Assembly: GCA_965368165.1 (NCBI GenBank)
Contig: CBDULT010000014.1
Location: 21,543 to 85,542 of the forward strand
Origin: an uncultured Thalassospiraceae bacterium
GTDB taxonomy: Bacteria > Pseudomonadota > Alphaproteobacteria > Rhodospirillales > JAPHRK01
Length of the DNA stretch: 64,000 nt
Reading direction: 5' to 3'
Shown: piece by piece, positions 1 through 9,686 of the stretch
Layout of the letters: every line of letters begins with the position of its first letter
Numbering within the stretch: position 1 is the first letter of the stretch
Notes under the pieces: model-generated
What the model was told of the DNA's origin: nothing
What the model saw: only the letters and a program-made list of their open reading frames with translations
The model's database searches: none
Program-made: the position numbers and the translations under genes

Positions 1-195
1 ATCAATTTCTGCCTGGGTGACTTGTCCGTTGACCAGGGGATCAAGGCCACGCATGCCGATAGAAACTTCCTCATCGGCAATGGCTTGAATTTCCAGCGAA
101 TGGAGTCCACAAAAATCTGCAATTTGCTCAAAAGAGAGAGCGGTGTTTTCGACCAGCCATACGGCAGTCGCTTTTGGCATGAGCAATTGGGCCAT
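1..195 (-). CDS. DUF1013 domain protein (TrcR-like). Only the N-terminal part is present because the gene runs off the left edge.
   Basis: Reverse-strand translation from the ATG at 195-193 gives MAQLLMPKATAVWLVENTALSFEQIADFCGLHSLEIQAIADEEVSIGMRGLDPLVNGQVTQAEID, open to position 1. This matches my memory of the conserved alphaproteobacterial DUF1013 N-terminus. It is absent from the ORF track because it is open-ended. Confidence 0.6.
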   Translation of the reverse strand, partial: MAQLLMPKATAVWLVENTALSFEQIADFCGLHSLEIQAIADEEVSIGMRGLDPLVNGQVTQAEID

Positions 196-308
196 GTCAG
201 CCTCTTCAAAATTCTGTTTTAAGTGAAAAGATTCAGACGGTCATAACCGTCGTCTGTCATCTCCTGATAGCAATATAGTAGGTGCTTGTCGAAAACAAGC
301 AAACTTCT

Positions 309-1298
309 TTATATTTCCAGCAAAATTTTACCAATATGCTGGCTGCTTTCCATCAATTTGTGGGCTTCAGACGCTTTGCTAAGGGGAAAAATCGAATGGA
401 TCACCGGTTTTATCTTGCCTGCTTCTAATAATGGCCAGACGGTTTTTTCCAATTCTTCGGCGATTTTGGCTTTAACAGCAACAGGACGGGCTCGCAATGT
501 TGATCCTGTCAGCGTGAGCCGTTTCAGCATAACTGGCATCATGTTGATCTCAACTTTAGAGCCTTGCAGGAAGGCAATGTTAACATGCCGACCATCTGGG
601 GCGAGGCATTTGATATTTTTTGGCAGGTAATCACCTCCCACCATATCCAAAACAACGTCGACCCCTTTGCCAGCCGTAAATTCTTTCACCGCGTCAACAA
701 AGTTTTCTTCTTTATAGTTAACAGCACGCTCGGCTCCTAATTGCAGACAGGCATCGCATTTTTCTGCATTCCCTGCTGTGGTAATGACCCGTGCCCCTAA
801 ACTTGAGGCTATTTGCAGGGCTGTGGTGCCAATGCCACTAGACCCCCCATGAACCAACAGGGTTTCTCCCGCTTGCAAGTTGGCCCGTTGATAAAGGTTG
901 GTCCAAACTGTAAAAAAGGTTTCCGGTAAGGCGGCGGTGTCAAACAGGCTCATGCCTTTGGGGATGGGGAGGCATTGCAAAGCTGGTGCAGGGCAGTATT
1001 CCGCATAGCCCCCGCCTGTGACCAAAGCGCAAACCTGGTCGCCGATTGATAGTCCTTCGACGCCAGTCCCGATATCGACAACCTCCCCTGCAACCTCTAG
1101 GCCTGGAATATCGGATGCGCCGGGAGGCGGCGGGTACCCTCCCATGCGCTGAAGGACGTCCGGACGATTGACCCCAGCGACAACGACCTTGATCAGGACT
1201 TCTCCTTCCCCTGGCTGAGGGACGCTTCGGGTCGCTGGTTTAAGGACTTCCGGCGCGCCTGGCTCGGAAATTTCAATACATTGCATCGTGTCGGACAT
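309..1298 (-). CDS. NAD(P)H:quinone oxidoreductase, medium-chain dehydrogenase/reductase family
   Basis: 329-aa ORF with a GVNRPD motif, the Rossmann motif VHGGSSGIGTTA, and Qor-like length. A GAGG Shine-Dalgarno (SD) sequence lies upstream of the ATG. Confidence 0.85.
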   Translation of the reverse strand: MSDTMQCIEISEPGAPEVLKPATRSVPQPGEGEVLIKVVVAGVNRPDVLQRMGGYPPPPGASDIPGLEVAGEVVDIGTGVEGLSIGDQVCALVTGGGYAEYCPAPALQCLPIPKGMSLFDTAALPETFFTVWTNLYQRANLQAGETLLVHGGSSGIGTTALQIASSLGARVITTAGNAEKCDACLQLGAERAVNYKEENFVDAVKEFTAGKGVDVVLDMVGGDYLPKNIKCLAPDGRHVNIAFLQGSKVEINMMPVMLKRLTLTGSTLRARPVAVKAKIAEELEKTVWPLLEAGKIKPVIHSIFPLSKASEAHKLMESSQHIGKILLEI

Positions 1299-1518
1299 TT
1301 TTCGCCTCGTGAAATTTAAATATGTCCCCTAATATGGAGATAAACACCTGAGACGTAAACCTGATACTCTGGCATTTGATAGTTAGGCGAAATTCTTTCT
1401 AGGTGATGAACTTTTAATAAGGTCACGACTGTGACCCGCCAATCATTTGGTGTGAGCTTGCGCGGTATTTGAACGCAAATTGATCTAAGATCAATCGTAA
1501 ATAAAAATGGAGTTGAAA

Positions 1519-1701
1519 ATGGATTGGGATGATTTGGAACCAAAAGCGAAAAGGAAGGTGCTTCGAGATTTAGAAGTGATGTCGATCGAAGCTATCGGGG
1601 AGTACATTGATGAGCTAAAAGAGGAAATTCTGCGCTGTGAAGGCGAGATTGTTAAAAAGAAAACCGCTAAAGAAGGGGCAGAGTCGTTTTTTAAGAAATA
1701 A
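1519..1701 (+). CDS. DUF1192 domain protein
   Basis: MDWDDLEPKAK...LEVMSIEAIGEYIDELKEEILRCEGEI fits the small coiled-coil DUF1192 pattern. A GGAG sequence 6 nt upstream favours the ATG at 1519 over 1507. Confidence 0.6.
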   Translation: MDWDDLEPKAKRKVLRDLEVMSIEAIGEYIDELKEEILRCEGEIVKKKTAKEGAESFFKK

Positions 1702-1840
1702 AATAACAGTTACCCTTGGTTGCTACTTTATTCATTAATATAATTTTAAACTATGTTAGTATAGCATGATAAATAGATGAAAACTCCCTTTTGACGGTTT
1801 CATCTTTTCCTCTTCGGAGGATGCCTCCCTGTCAAACTTG

Positions 1841-1870
1841 CCGCCTTTTAAAAGAAAGGCGGTTTTTTTT
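1841..1870 (+). terminator. Rho-independent terminator
   Basis: 8-bp stem CCGCCTTT/AAAGGCGG with a 6-nt loop, followed by a run of eight T. Confidence 0.7.
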
Positions 1871-1883
1871 GTAATTTTCTTAG

Positions 1884-2142
1884 TTGACGTTAGGTCATTC
1901 ATTTAGGTAATGTGCTGATGCTAGAGGGACTCAGGCGAGTCATTTGAGCGAGTTTGACAGGAAAATTAAGCTATAAGGGGCTGCCATATAAGGCGGCCCC
2001 ATTTAATTTGTACTTAGTTTTTTTAGGGCGTTCAAGCACCATGCAGGCTCACGCGCAACGATGCGCGGGCCGCAGTCGCGGCCTTGGTAAGTTCTTCTGG
2101 GATATCTCTTTAGCTAAAAGCAATTCCAAGGAGTGTTTCCAA
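1884..2142 (+). promoter_or_regulatory. Long structured metY leader with a candidate promoter. It may be a riboswitch or attenuator, but the class is unassigned.
   Basis: Candidate promoter TTGACG (1884-1889), 18 nt spacer, TAATGT (1908-1913). GC hairpin at 1977-2000, T7 run at 2018-2024, further hairpins at 2053-2066 and 2068-2083. No convincing coding signal. Confidence 0.25.
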
Positions 2143-3438
2143 TTGGTTGATCCCAAATATTTAAAATTTGACACCATGACCCTTCATGCAGGGCAGAAGC
2201 CGGACCCAACCACGGGCTCACGCGCCGTTCCTATACATCAAACAACGTCATATGTTTTCCCAGATGTTGACCATGCGGCAGAGCTTTTTAATCTGGAACG
2301 TCCGGGCCATATCTATTCCCGCATTTCCAACCCAACCGTTTCGGTCTTGGAAGAACGGCTCTCGGCTCTGGAAGGGGGCGTTGGGGCTGTTTGCACAGCC
2401 AGTGGACAGGCAGCCTTGCATCTCGCCATTGTTACCTTGATGGGGCAGGGGGGGCATATTGTTTGTTCGGGCCGGGTTTATGGCGGTACTAACAATATGT
2501 TGGCTTTGACCCTGCCGCGTTTTGGTATCAACACAACTTTTGTCGACCCGCGTGATCCGAAAGCTTTTGAAGCAGCCATCACGCCAGACACCCGTTTGAT
2601 CCTGGGCGAAGTCCTTGGAAATCCGGGTCTAGAGGTTATGAATGTTCCGGCAGTGGCAGAGATTGCTCACAAGCGTGGCATTCCACTAATGATCGATTCA
2701 ACTTTCACCACCCCTTATTTGATGAAGCCTTGTGATTATGGTGCCGACATTATTATGCATTCGGTCACCAAGTTCCTTGGCGGTCATGGCATTGCTATTG
2801 GCGGGGCTATTATCGATGGTGGCACCTTCGATTGGGAAGCCCATGCCGATAAGTACCCGACCCTGACCGAACCCTATGCCGGTTATCATGGCCTTGATTT
2901 TGCTGAAGAATATGGGCCTGTCGCCTTTATCATGCGGGCTCGGGCCGAAGGCTTGAGAGATTTTGGTGCTTGTTTGAGTCCTACCAATGCCTTTTATCTG
3001 CTGCAAGGGGTCGAAACCCTTTCCATGCGTATGGAACGCCATTGTCAAAACGCCCAAAAAATTGCTGAATTCCTGGAAGGCAATGAGGCCGTGAGCTGGG
3101 TTAGCTATCCCGGCCTTGAAAGCCATAAAGATCATGCTCTCGCCAAAGAGTTGCTGCCAAAAGGCTTTGGTGGGATTATGAGCTTTGGGGTAAAAGGCGG
3201 ACGTCCGGCAGGGCGCAAGCTGATTGAACGTCTTGCTGTTTTCTCTCACCTTGCCAATATTGGTGATGCTAAATCATTGGTTATCCACCCAGCCAGCACC
3301 ACCCATCAACAAATGGATGCTGCGGCTCTTGAAGCCGCAGGCGTTGGGGAAGATTTGGTCCGCTTGTCGGTCGGGCTTGAAGATGTCGGTGATTTGATTG
3401 ACGATCTCAAACAGGCCCTCCGGGCTTCGCAGAAGTAG
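2143..3438 (+). CDS. metY: O-acetylhomoserine sulfhydrylase (aminocarboxypropyltransferase)
   Basis: Shows the FDTMTLHAGQ, SRISNPT and HSVTKFLGGHG (PLP lysine) motifs. TTG at 2143 lies 9 nt after AAGGAG (2128-2133). The alternative start is the ATG at 2176. The track ORF start at 1954 is probably an in-frame artefact. Confidence 0.85.
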   Translation: MVDPKYLKFDTMTLHAGQKPDPTTGSRAVPIHQTTSYVFPDVDHAAELFNLERPGHIYSRISNPTVSVLEERLSALEGGVGAVCTASGQAALHLAIVTLMGQGGHIVCSGRVYGGTNNMLALTLPRFGINTTFVDPRDPKAFEAAITPDTRLILGEVLGNPGLEVMNVPAVAEIAHKRGIPLMIDSTFTTPYLMKPCDYGADIIMHSVTKFLGGHGIAIGGAIIDGGTFDWEAHADKYPTLTEPYAGYHGLDFAEEYGPVAFIMRARAEGLRDFGACLSPTNAFYLLQGVETLSMRMERHCQNAQKIAEFLEGNEAVSWVSYPGLESHKDHALAKELLPKGFGGIMSFGVKGGRPAGRKLIERLAVFSHLANIGDAKSLVIHPASTTHQQMDAAALEAAGVGEDLVRLSVGLEDVGDLIDDLKQALRASQK

Positions 3439-3449
3439 GAGAGGGCAAG

Positions 3450-4244
3450 ATGGACTTTACAGTAAAAGGTAAAAAGACTTTCGCGGCGACTGGCGGCAAA
3501 GAGTTTGATAAATCTCAGCCTGTCATGGTGCTGATCCACGGGGCAGGGATGGACCATACGGTTTGGTATCTGCAATCTCGTTATTTCGCCCATCATGGCT
3601 TTTCAGTTCTTGCCATCGACCTTCCCGGTCACGGACGTTCCGAAGGCCCTGTTCTGCCAACCATTGGCGATATGGCTGACTGGGTTATTGCTCTGCTTGA
3701 TGAGCTTGGGGTGGAAAAAGCTGGGGTTGCCGGACATTCCATGGGAGCCCTGACAAGCCTGGATGCGGCAGGTCGCTATCCTGATCGTATCGAGCGTGCT
3801 GCTTTGCTTGGGGTTGCGGCGATGATGAAAGGCAACCCGGTGATGATCGAGTCCGCCAAGAATAACGAGCATTTGGCGATGGATTTGGTGACCTCCTGGG
3901 GCCATGGTAAACCCGCTCATATCGGCGAACACCCCCAACCCGGCTTGTGGATGCTCGGTGGCGGAATCCGTTTGCTGGAACGGAGCGGCCCTGGTGTGTT
4001 GCACAATGACCTGGTGGCTTGTGACCAATATGAAACTGCCATTGAGATTGGCGGCAAGATTCAATGCCCCACGGTTTTGATCTTGGGAACCGTTGATATG
4101 ATGGCTCCGGTTCGGGCGGCAACGCCTCTGGGCGAAGCGATTGAAGGGTCAAAAACCGTAGTGATCAAAAACTGTGGTCACTCCATGATGACCGAAAAAC
4201 CCAGCGACGTGATCGATGCCCTGAAACAGGTTTTTAAAGCATGA
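3450..4244 (+). CDS. Alpha/beta-fold hydrolase
   Basis: 264 aa with HGAGMDH, the nucleophile elbow GHSMGA, and a C-terminal GHSMM motif. An SD sequence is present. Confidence 0.8.
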   Translation: MDFTVKGKKTFAATGGKEFDKSQPVMVLIHGAGMDHTVWYLQSRYFAHHGFSVLAIDLPGHGRSEGPVLPTIGDMADWVIALLDELGVEKAGVAGHSMGALTSLDAAGRYPDRIERAALLGVAAMMKGNPVMIESAKNNEHLAMDLVTSWGHGKPAHIGEHPQPGLWMLGGGIRLLERSGPGVLHNDLVACDQYETAIEIGGKIQCPTVLILGTVDMMAPVRAATPLGEAIEGSKTVVIKNCGHSMMTEKPSDVIDALKQVFKA

Positions 4245-4666
4245 GTACCCACCGCGAGGACTACACCTTTTTCATGAGCATTCCCACACGCTGGAATGAC
4301 AATGACATGCTCGGTCATGTGAATAATGTGGTCTACTACGCCTACTTCGAGGCCATTGTGACAAAGTTTGTTCAGGAAGAGATGGGCATTGATTGGGCTA
4401 ATTCGTCACAGGTGCCTTATACGGCTGAAAACCTGTGTCGCTTCAAAACGGCCCTCAGGTTTCCAGAGACCATTGAGGCGGCTTTAAAGGTAACGCGCAT
4501 TGGGAACTCAAGCTTTGATTATGAAATCGCTTTGTTCAGCGAAGGCAAAGAAGACCCGGCGGCAGACGGCCACTGGGTTCATGTGCTGGTAGAGCGGGAA
4601 ACTGAAAAACCTGCAGCTTTATCGCCAGGACTAAAGAAAATTCTCAAAGCCCATATGAAGGCATAG
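4241..4666 (+). CDS. Acyl-CoA thioesterase, hotdog fold (YbgC/4HBT-like)
   Basis: 141 aa with WNDNDMLGHVNNVVY, the typical 4HBT N-terminal motif. Its start overlaps the upstream stop as ATGA. Confidence 0.75.
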   Translation: MSTHREDYTFFMSIPTRWNDNDMLGHVNNVVYYAYFEAIVTKFVQEEMGIDWANSSQVPYTAENLCRFKTALRFPETIEAALKVTRIGNSSFDYEIALFSEGKEDPAADGHWVHVLVERETEKPAALSPGLKKILKAHMKA

Positions 4667-4822
4667 TTTTACTCGTCACCTTCTGGGAGGCCACTGCTGA
4701 CTAGAAATACGAAAAGCTTTTCATTCATCGATATAAACTCATTACACGTCTTGCGCGGGCAAGATGACATAATGGTAAAAACGATGCTCTAGTCATTTTT
4801 TTTGTGGTTATTAGCTATTTCA

Positions 4823-4850
4823 CAGTGGTCTCTAGAAGAGGGGAATAATT
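4823..4850 (+). repeat. Copy A of a roughly 27-nt direct repeat (CAGtGGTCtCTAGAAGaGGGGAAtAATT)
   Basis: 24 of 27 positions match copy B at 6613-6640, in the same orientation. Copy A overlaps the yedK stop codon. Confidence 0.5.
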
Positions 4851-5433
4851 AACCAAATAAATCCGGTTGCACCACAATAGGCACCTCTTCTTCGGCCTTG
4901 ATCTTATCCCCTTGATAGGGACAGAGAAGCGGGACGATGGCATCGAAGGGCAGGCTGTTGTCGAGCCATTGCCTTTCCACATCCCGGTTTAAAATCACTG
5001 GCATACGGTGATGTATATAAACGATCTCTGGGGCCGGGGCGCAGGTGGCGATGGTGACATGTTTGCCATCGGTAAGCCCGGCAAAGGCAAAGAGGTCTTG
5101 GTCGGTCACCGATATCAAATTTTTAAACTTCTTCTCGTCAGCTTTGCGCCATTCAAAATACCCTGTTGCTGGGACGAGACAGCGTTTATTGAGTAAGGGC
5201 TTAAAAGTCTGTTTCTCCCCTAGGGTTTCACTGCGGGCATTCACCAGCGGCTTACCATCCCAAGGGGCAGGAATACCCCAGATCAGTTGGTTGGCTTGTC
5301 CTGGTGCCGTGATGACCGGGATAAAATTGGTCGGCCTGATGAAGGAATAGGTGGCATCCTCCGGGTATTCAGTGAGACCGAACCGGGCTTTGATCTTTTC
5401 TTTTGGGCTTAAGAATTCGAAGCTGTAGCACAT
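4849..5433 (-). CDS. yedK: SOS response-associated peptidase (SRAP/YedK, abasic-site processing protein)
   Basis: SRAP proteins start with Met-Cys (catalytic Cys2). MCYSFEF begins at the ATG at 5433-5431. The family-typical FEWRK and HHRMP motifs are present. Confidence 0.85.
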   Translation of the reverse strand: MCYSFEFLSPKEKIKARFGLTEYPEDATYSFIRPTNFIPVITAPGQANQLIWGIPAPWDGKPLVNARSETLGEKQTFKPLLNKRCLVPATGYFEWRKADEKKFKNLISVTDQDLFAFAGLTDGKHVTIATCAPAPEIVYIHHRMPVILNRDVERQWLDNSLPFDAIVPLLCPYQGDKIKAEEEVPIVVQPDLFG

Positions 5434-5530
5434 GGTGGCTCGACTATAGAGCAAATATTATCTCGTTGCATTGGTTCATCGTTTTAGGGCACCCTCTTTT
5501 GCAGATCAAATGCAGTAGGGAAGATGGACA

Positions 5531-6580
5531 ATGAAAAGTTATCAGGTAACTGGATATGGCGAGGCACTGGAAGCTAAAAATTTTGATACACCGACCCCGC
5601 AAGGGGCCGAAATTCTCATAAAGATTGCCGCTTGCGGGGTGTGCCATAGCGATGTTCATCTGTGGGAAGGTTATTTCGATATTGGGGGTGGGAACAAGCT
5701 TGAGCTTGGCAAAACAAGTGCCATTGTTCCTTTTACGCCCGGTCATGAAATTATTGGGCATGTTGAGGCCATTGGCCCCGACGCCAAAGGCGTTTCAGTG
5801 GGCGACAAGAGGGTGATCTATCCCTGGGTCGGTTGTGGTAAATGCGGGGTCTGCCTGAGTGGCCATGAAAACTTGTGTGGCCGGGGTAAAAACCTTGGAG
5901 TCCATGTCGATGGTGGCTTTAGTGATTTCGTTATTGTTCCCGATGCCAAGTATCTTTTTGATATGAGTAATGTCGCTGACGCCCTCGCCTGTACTTACGC
6001 CTGTTCCGGTATCACGGCCTTCGGGGCAGTTAAAAAAGCCGCTGGCTTGCCCGATGATGACGCCCTGTTGATTATCGGTGCGGGCGGGGTTGGTTTGATG
6101 GGGGTGCGCTTTGCTAAGGCTGTACTTGGTAAAGCCCCTGTGGTGATTGATATTGATGAGGGCCGTCGTAAGGTAGCCCTTGAAGCTGGGGCCAGCCAGG
6201 CCATTGACCCCAACGACCGAGCCGCCATCAAAGACTTTATGCAATCCACAGGCGGAGCCGGGGCAGTAATCGATTTTGTCGGTGCCGAACAAACCGCCCA
6301 AACCGGATTAAAGGTCCTGAGGAGCGTCGGTAAACTGATCATGGTCGGCCTCTTTGGCGGTGAGCTAAAAACCCCCTTACCCTTGATCCCCATGCGCGCC
6401 ATCACAATCCAGGGTTCCTACGTTGGCACCCCAGATGAAATGGCCGAAATGGTCGCACTCGTCCAAGGCGGCACCATCCCCGCTATCCCTATCGAAACAA
6501 GAGATATGTGCGAAGCCTCACAGGCCCTTGAGGATTTAAAATCTGGGAAAGTAGTTGGACGGGCTGTGTTGACGCCTTGA
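5531..6580 (+). CDS. Zinc-dependent alcohol dehydrogenase family protein
   Basis: 349 aa with GVCHSD, the structural Zn motif GCGKCGVCLSG, and the Rossmann motif GAGGVG. Confidence 0.85.
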   Translation: MKSYQVTGYGEALEAKNFDTPTPQGAEILIKIAACGVCHSDVHLWEGYFDIGGGNKLELGKTSAIVPFTPGHEIIGHVEAIGPDAKGVSVGDKRVIYPWVGCGKCGVCLSGHENLCGRGKNLGVHVDGGFSDFVIVPDAKYLFDMSNVADALACTYACSGITAFGAVKKAAGLPDDDALLIIGAGGVGLMGVRFAKAVLGKAPVVIDIDEGRRKVALEAGASQAIDPNDRAAIKDFMQSTGGAGAVIDFVGAEQTAQTGLKVLRSVGKLIMVGLFGGELKTPLPLIPMRAITIQGSYVGTPDEMAEMVALVQGGTIPAIPIETRDMCEASQALEDLKSGKVVGRAVLTP

Positions 6581-6612
6581 GGTCGGAGAGGTATTGGTTC
6601 CAGCCGTCAAAG

Positions 6613-6640
6613 CAGGGTCACTAGAAGCGGGGAAAAATTT
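6613..6640 (+). repeat. Copy B of the roughly 27-nt direct repeat (CAGGGTCaCTAGAAGcGGGGAAaAATT)
   Basis: See copy A. It lies 33 nt after the adh stop. Confidence 0.5.
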
Positions 6641-6727
6641 AGTTTCTCAAACAATGACATATGCTTTTCAGATTTTTTTAGAAACGAAATAATAGCTTAC
6701 TTAAATATATTCAATATCGTTATGGTT

Positions 6728-6804
6728 GGGCTTGACCCGACCATCCACGTCTTCTTTACTTTAAGGTCTACCCATTTTCGTGGATACCCGGATCAAGTCC
6801 GGGC
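6728..6804. repeat. Inverted pair of REP-like units (the CGTGGATACCCGGATCAAGTCCGGGC type)
   Basis: The right unit (6779-6804) has an internal CCCGGA/TCCGGG hairpin. A degenerate inverted copy (GGGCTTGACCCGACCATCCACG) lies at 6728-6749. I recall this motif class as a common alphaproteobacterial intergenic palindrome. Confidence 0.5.
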
Positions 6805-6888
6805 ATGACGATTGTGGTATTGGGTGAATTTATTTTAAGATATGAGATACCCCTAGAAAAACAAACAAATTTAGCCTATTTTCCCCAC

Positions 6889-7629
6889 ATGACTGAAGAA
6901 CGTAAAAATGTTGTTGTGACGGGGGCTAGTCGGGGGATAGGCCATTCTACGGCGAGTTTGTTTCTCGAGCGAGGATGGCGAATCATTACTTGTTCTCGGG
7001 AAGAGGCTCCGCCGGAGTGTAAGCGTGATCCTAACTGGACCACCCATATCGCCACGGATTTGGCTGATGCTGACAGCATCGCTAACTTTATTAAGAAGGC
7101 CAACGAGGCTCTTGAAGGGGCCCCGTTGCATGGGCTTGTCAATAATGCCGGCATGTCGCCTAAGACACCCTACAAGGAGCGTTTAGGGTGTTTGAACGGC
7201 GACATTGATGCCTGGAAAAATGTCTTCGATCTTAATTTTTATGCGCCTCTCAAGCTATCACGTGGCTTTGCCAATGCGCTTTATCGCGGGAAAGGGGGGA
7301 TTGTTAATGTCACCTCCATTGCCGGGCATAAAATCCATCCCTTTGCTGGATCGGCCTATTCAATATCCAAGGCGGCTTTGTCGGCCCTGACACGGGAGAT
7401 GGCAAACGAGTTCGCCGCTCTTGATGTGCGGGTAAATGCGGTTTGTCCTGGGGAAATTGAAACAGATATGATACAACCAGAGTACGAAGCATTGATACCT
7501 AGAATTCCTCTTAATCGGATGGGAGAACCAAAAGATGTGGCGGGTTCGATTTTTTATCTGTGTTCGGAAGACTCAAAATACATCACCGGAACCGAAATTT
7601 GGGTAACCGGGGGGCAACATTTATTTTAA
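6889..7629 (+). CDS. SDR family oxidoreductase
   Basis: TGASRGIG, NNAG and the catalytic YSISK motif are present. The start was moved to MTEERKN because the track's N-terminal extension reads through the REP unit. Confidence 0.85.
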   Translation: MTEERKNVVVTGASRGIGHSTASLFLERGWRIITCSREEAPPECKRDPNWTTHIATDLADADSIANFIKKANEALEGAPLHGLVNNAGMSPKTPYKERLGCLNGDIDAWKNVFDLNFYAPLKLSRGFANALYRGKGGIVNVTSIAGHKIHPFAGSAYSISKAALSALTREMANEFAALDVRVNAVCPGEIETDMIQPEYEALIPRIPLNRMGEPKDVAGSIFYLCSEDSKYITGTEIWVTGGQHLF

Positions 7630-7649
7630 ATCAGGTTGGGGGGAAGGGG

Positions 7650-9683
7650 ATGTCTGTCCCTTCCAAGTTAGTGAGCCTCCTGTACCGTATTGCCGATGCG
7701 GCAAACGAAGCTACGGTGCCGGACGACGTTCTGCTTTTTGCGCTCGATGAGGTTTGTGCCTACATGGAGTGGCCGATTGGGCACGCCTATATCGAAAGGG
7801 TGAGGGGGTCTGGCGAGCTTGTTTCTACGGGCCTTTGGCATCTGGATAAGCCTGAAGTAGCTTCTGATTTTCGACAACTTACCGAAAGAACCAGATTCAA
7901 ATCCGGTATTGGTTTGCCGGGGCGTGTTTATGGGACAGGCCAGCCTGCTTGGATTCCCGATGTAAATGAAGACTCTAATTTTCCCAGAGCCAAGCGAAGC
8001 GTCGAACGTCTTCCCGTTGGTTCAGGTTTTGCCTTCCCAGTTAAGGTCGGTTCTGAAACTGCGGCTGTACTTGAGTTTTTCTCTGAAAATGTGGAAGAAA
8101 TGGGGGATGAGGTTCTTGAGCTTATGGCCCGTGTGGGCAGTCAGCTGGGGCGGGTGATTGAGCGGGCTCGAGCGGAAGAGGCTCTCAAATCTCGCGAAGC
8201 CTACACCAATGCTATCCTTAAGAATCTTGCTGAAGGTGTTATTACCATGAGTCCCGATGGGACCATTGATATGGTTAACACCATTGCCGAAACTATTTGC
8301 GGGGGAACTGTTGAAGATATCCGTCAAGGGACGGTACCTCTGATCCCCAGCGGCAAAGATGAATATTTTGAATCCTTGGGCAAGCACCTGATAACCAACA
8401 AAACCCAGTATTTGGATATGGGCCCGATTCAGGTCATGGCAGTTAAAGGCAACGGAACCCTTTTCCCTCTGGAACTTTCTGTCAGTTCATTTGTTATGGA
8501 AGGCGAAGAACAACTCATTTGTGTCCTTCGAGATATTACCGAGCGTAAAGAAACCGAACGCCGGTTGCTCCATGGACAAAGAATGGAAGCCATTGGGCAA
8601 ATGACGGGCGGTATTGCCCATGACTTTAATAATGTTTTAACAGCGATGCTCGGCAATATGCAGATTGTTGAAACCCTGGTGAACAATAACCCACAAGCTT
8701 TAGGACGTACCAGAGCGGCTTTAACCGCTGGAGAACGTGCTGCCGATACGACTCGACGCTTACTCGCTTTCTCGCGGCAGCAAGAACTTTCCCTTGAGAC
8801 CGTTGAGGTCAATGAGTTGGTGGAAGAAGCCATTAAGCTTATCAAGCACACCTTCAGTTCAGCCATAAAAATTTCTATGACGACATTCAAAGACCCCATC
8901 TATGTGAATGTGGATAAAGCTCACCTGGAAAATGCCGTTATCAATTTTGCAGTTAATGCACGGGATGCCCTTAATGATGATGGGGCAATCGAGGTTAAGG
9001 TTGAGCGGATTGAAGAATATGAAGGGCAGACTGAACCTTTTGCGGTGATTAGTGTCGCTGATGATGGCGAAGGGATACCCGATGAAATTTTAGATAAGGT
9101 TTTTGAACCCTTCTTTACCACCAAAGATGTCGGCAAAGGGACCGGCCTCGGTCTGAGTACAGTCTATGGCTTTGCCAAGCAGGCCGATGGTGACTTGTCA
9201 ATTGAGAGCACTCCAGGAAAGGGGACCAAGGTCACGCTTGTTCTCCCTCTAAATGATGAGCTTGAAAATTACTCCGTCATAACCGAAAAAGATGAGGGGC
9301 CTATTCCACTTGGGACGGAAACCATTCTTATTGTTGAGGACGATCCCTTGGTTCGAGACTATGCTGTCGCGGTGCTCAGAAGCTTAGGCTACAAAGTGGC
9401 TATGGTTCCTGATGGACCTTCGGCACTTAACCTGCTTGAAACCAACGAACTTCCCCATCTGGTTTTTTCTGATGTGGTGATGCCTGGAGGGGTGAGTGGT
9501 TGGGTTCTCGTTGAGAAGATTAAAGAAAAGTGGCCTGAGGTGAAATTGATGTTAGCGACGGGTTGGGATGATCAAAATACAGATGAGAAAGATAAGACAC
9601 TGGTCGGGGTGCCCTTGCTCAACAAGCCCTACAACCGTCACAAACTGGCGGTTTCTATTCGTCGTATTCTTGATGAAAAATAG
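7650..9683 (+). CDS. GAF-PAS hybrid sensor histidine kinase/response regulator
   Basis: Contains a GAF-like N-terminus, a PAS domain, the H-box GGIAHDFNN, the N and G boxes (NARDA, GTGLGL), and a C-terminal REC domain (VEDD...SDVVMPG...KP). The ATG at 7650 follows a GGGGAAGGGG SD sequence. Confidence 0.85.
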   Translation: MSVPSKLVSLLYRIADAANEATVPDDVLLFALDEVCAYMEWPIGHAYIERVRGSGELVSTGLWHLDKPEVASDFRQLTERTRFKSGIGLPGRVYGTGQPAWIPDVNEDSNFPRAKRSVERLPVGSGFAFPVKVGSETAAVLEFFSENVEEMGDEVLELMARVGSQLGRVIERARAEEALKSREAYTNAILKNLAEGVITMSPDGTIDMVNTIAETICGGTVEDIRQGTVPLIPSGKDEYFESLGKHLITNKTQYLDMGPIQVMAVKGNGTLFPLELSVSSFVMEGEEQLICVLRDITERKETERRLLHGQRMEAIGQMTGGIAHDFNNVLTAMLGNMQIVETLVNNNPQALGRTRAALTAGERAADTTRRLLAFSRQQELSLETVEVNELVEEAIKLIKHTFSSAIKISMTTFKDPIYVNVDKAHLENAVINFAVNARDALNDDGAIEVKVERIEEYEGQTEPFAVISVADDGEGIPDEILDKVFEPFFTTKDVGKGTGLGLSTVYGFAKQADGDLSIESTPGKGTKVTLVLPLNDELENYSVITEKDEGPIPLGTETILIVEDDPLVRDYAVAVLRSLGYKVAMVPDGPSALNLLETNELPHLVFSDVVMPGGVSGWVLVEKIKEKWPEVKLMLATGWDDQNTDEKDKTLVGVPLLNKPYNRHKLAVSIRRILDEK

Positions 9684-9686
9684 GAT

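Noticed and set aside
22-222. 66-aa plus-strand ORF at the left edge
   Set aside because: It lies antisense to a much better DUF1013-like reading frame that is open to the window edge, and it has no recognisable motif.
1954-2142. In-frame N-terminal extension of metY in the ORF track
   Set aside because: The extension has no MetY similarity and contains hairpins and a T7 run. A TTG with a strong AAGGAG sits at 2143.
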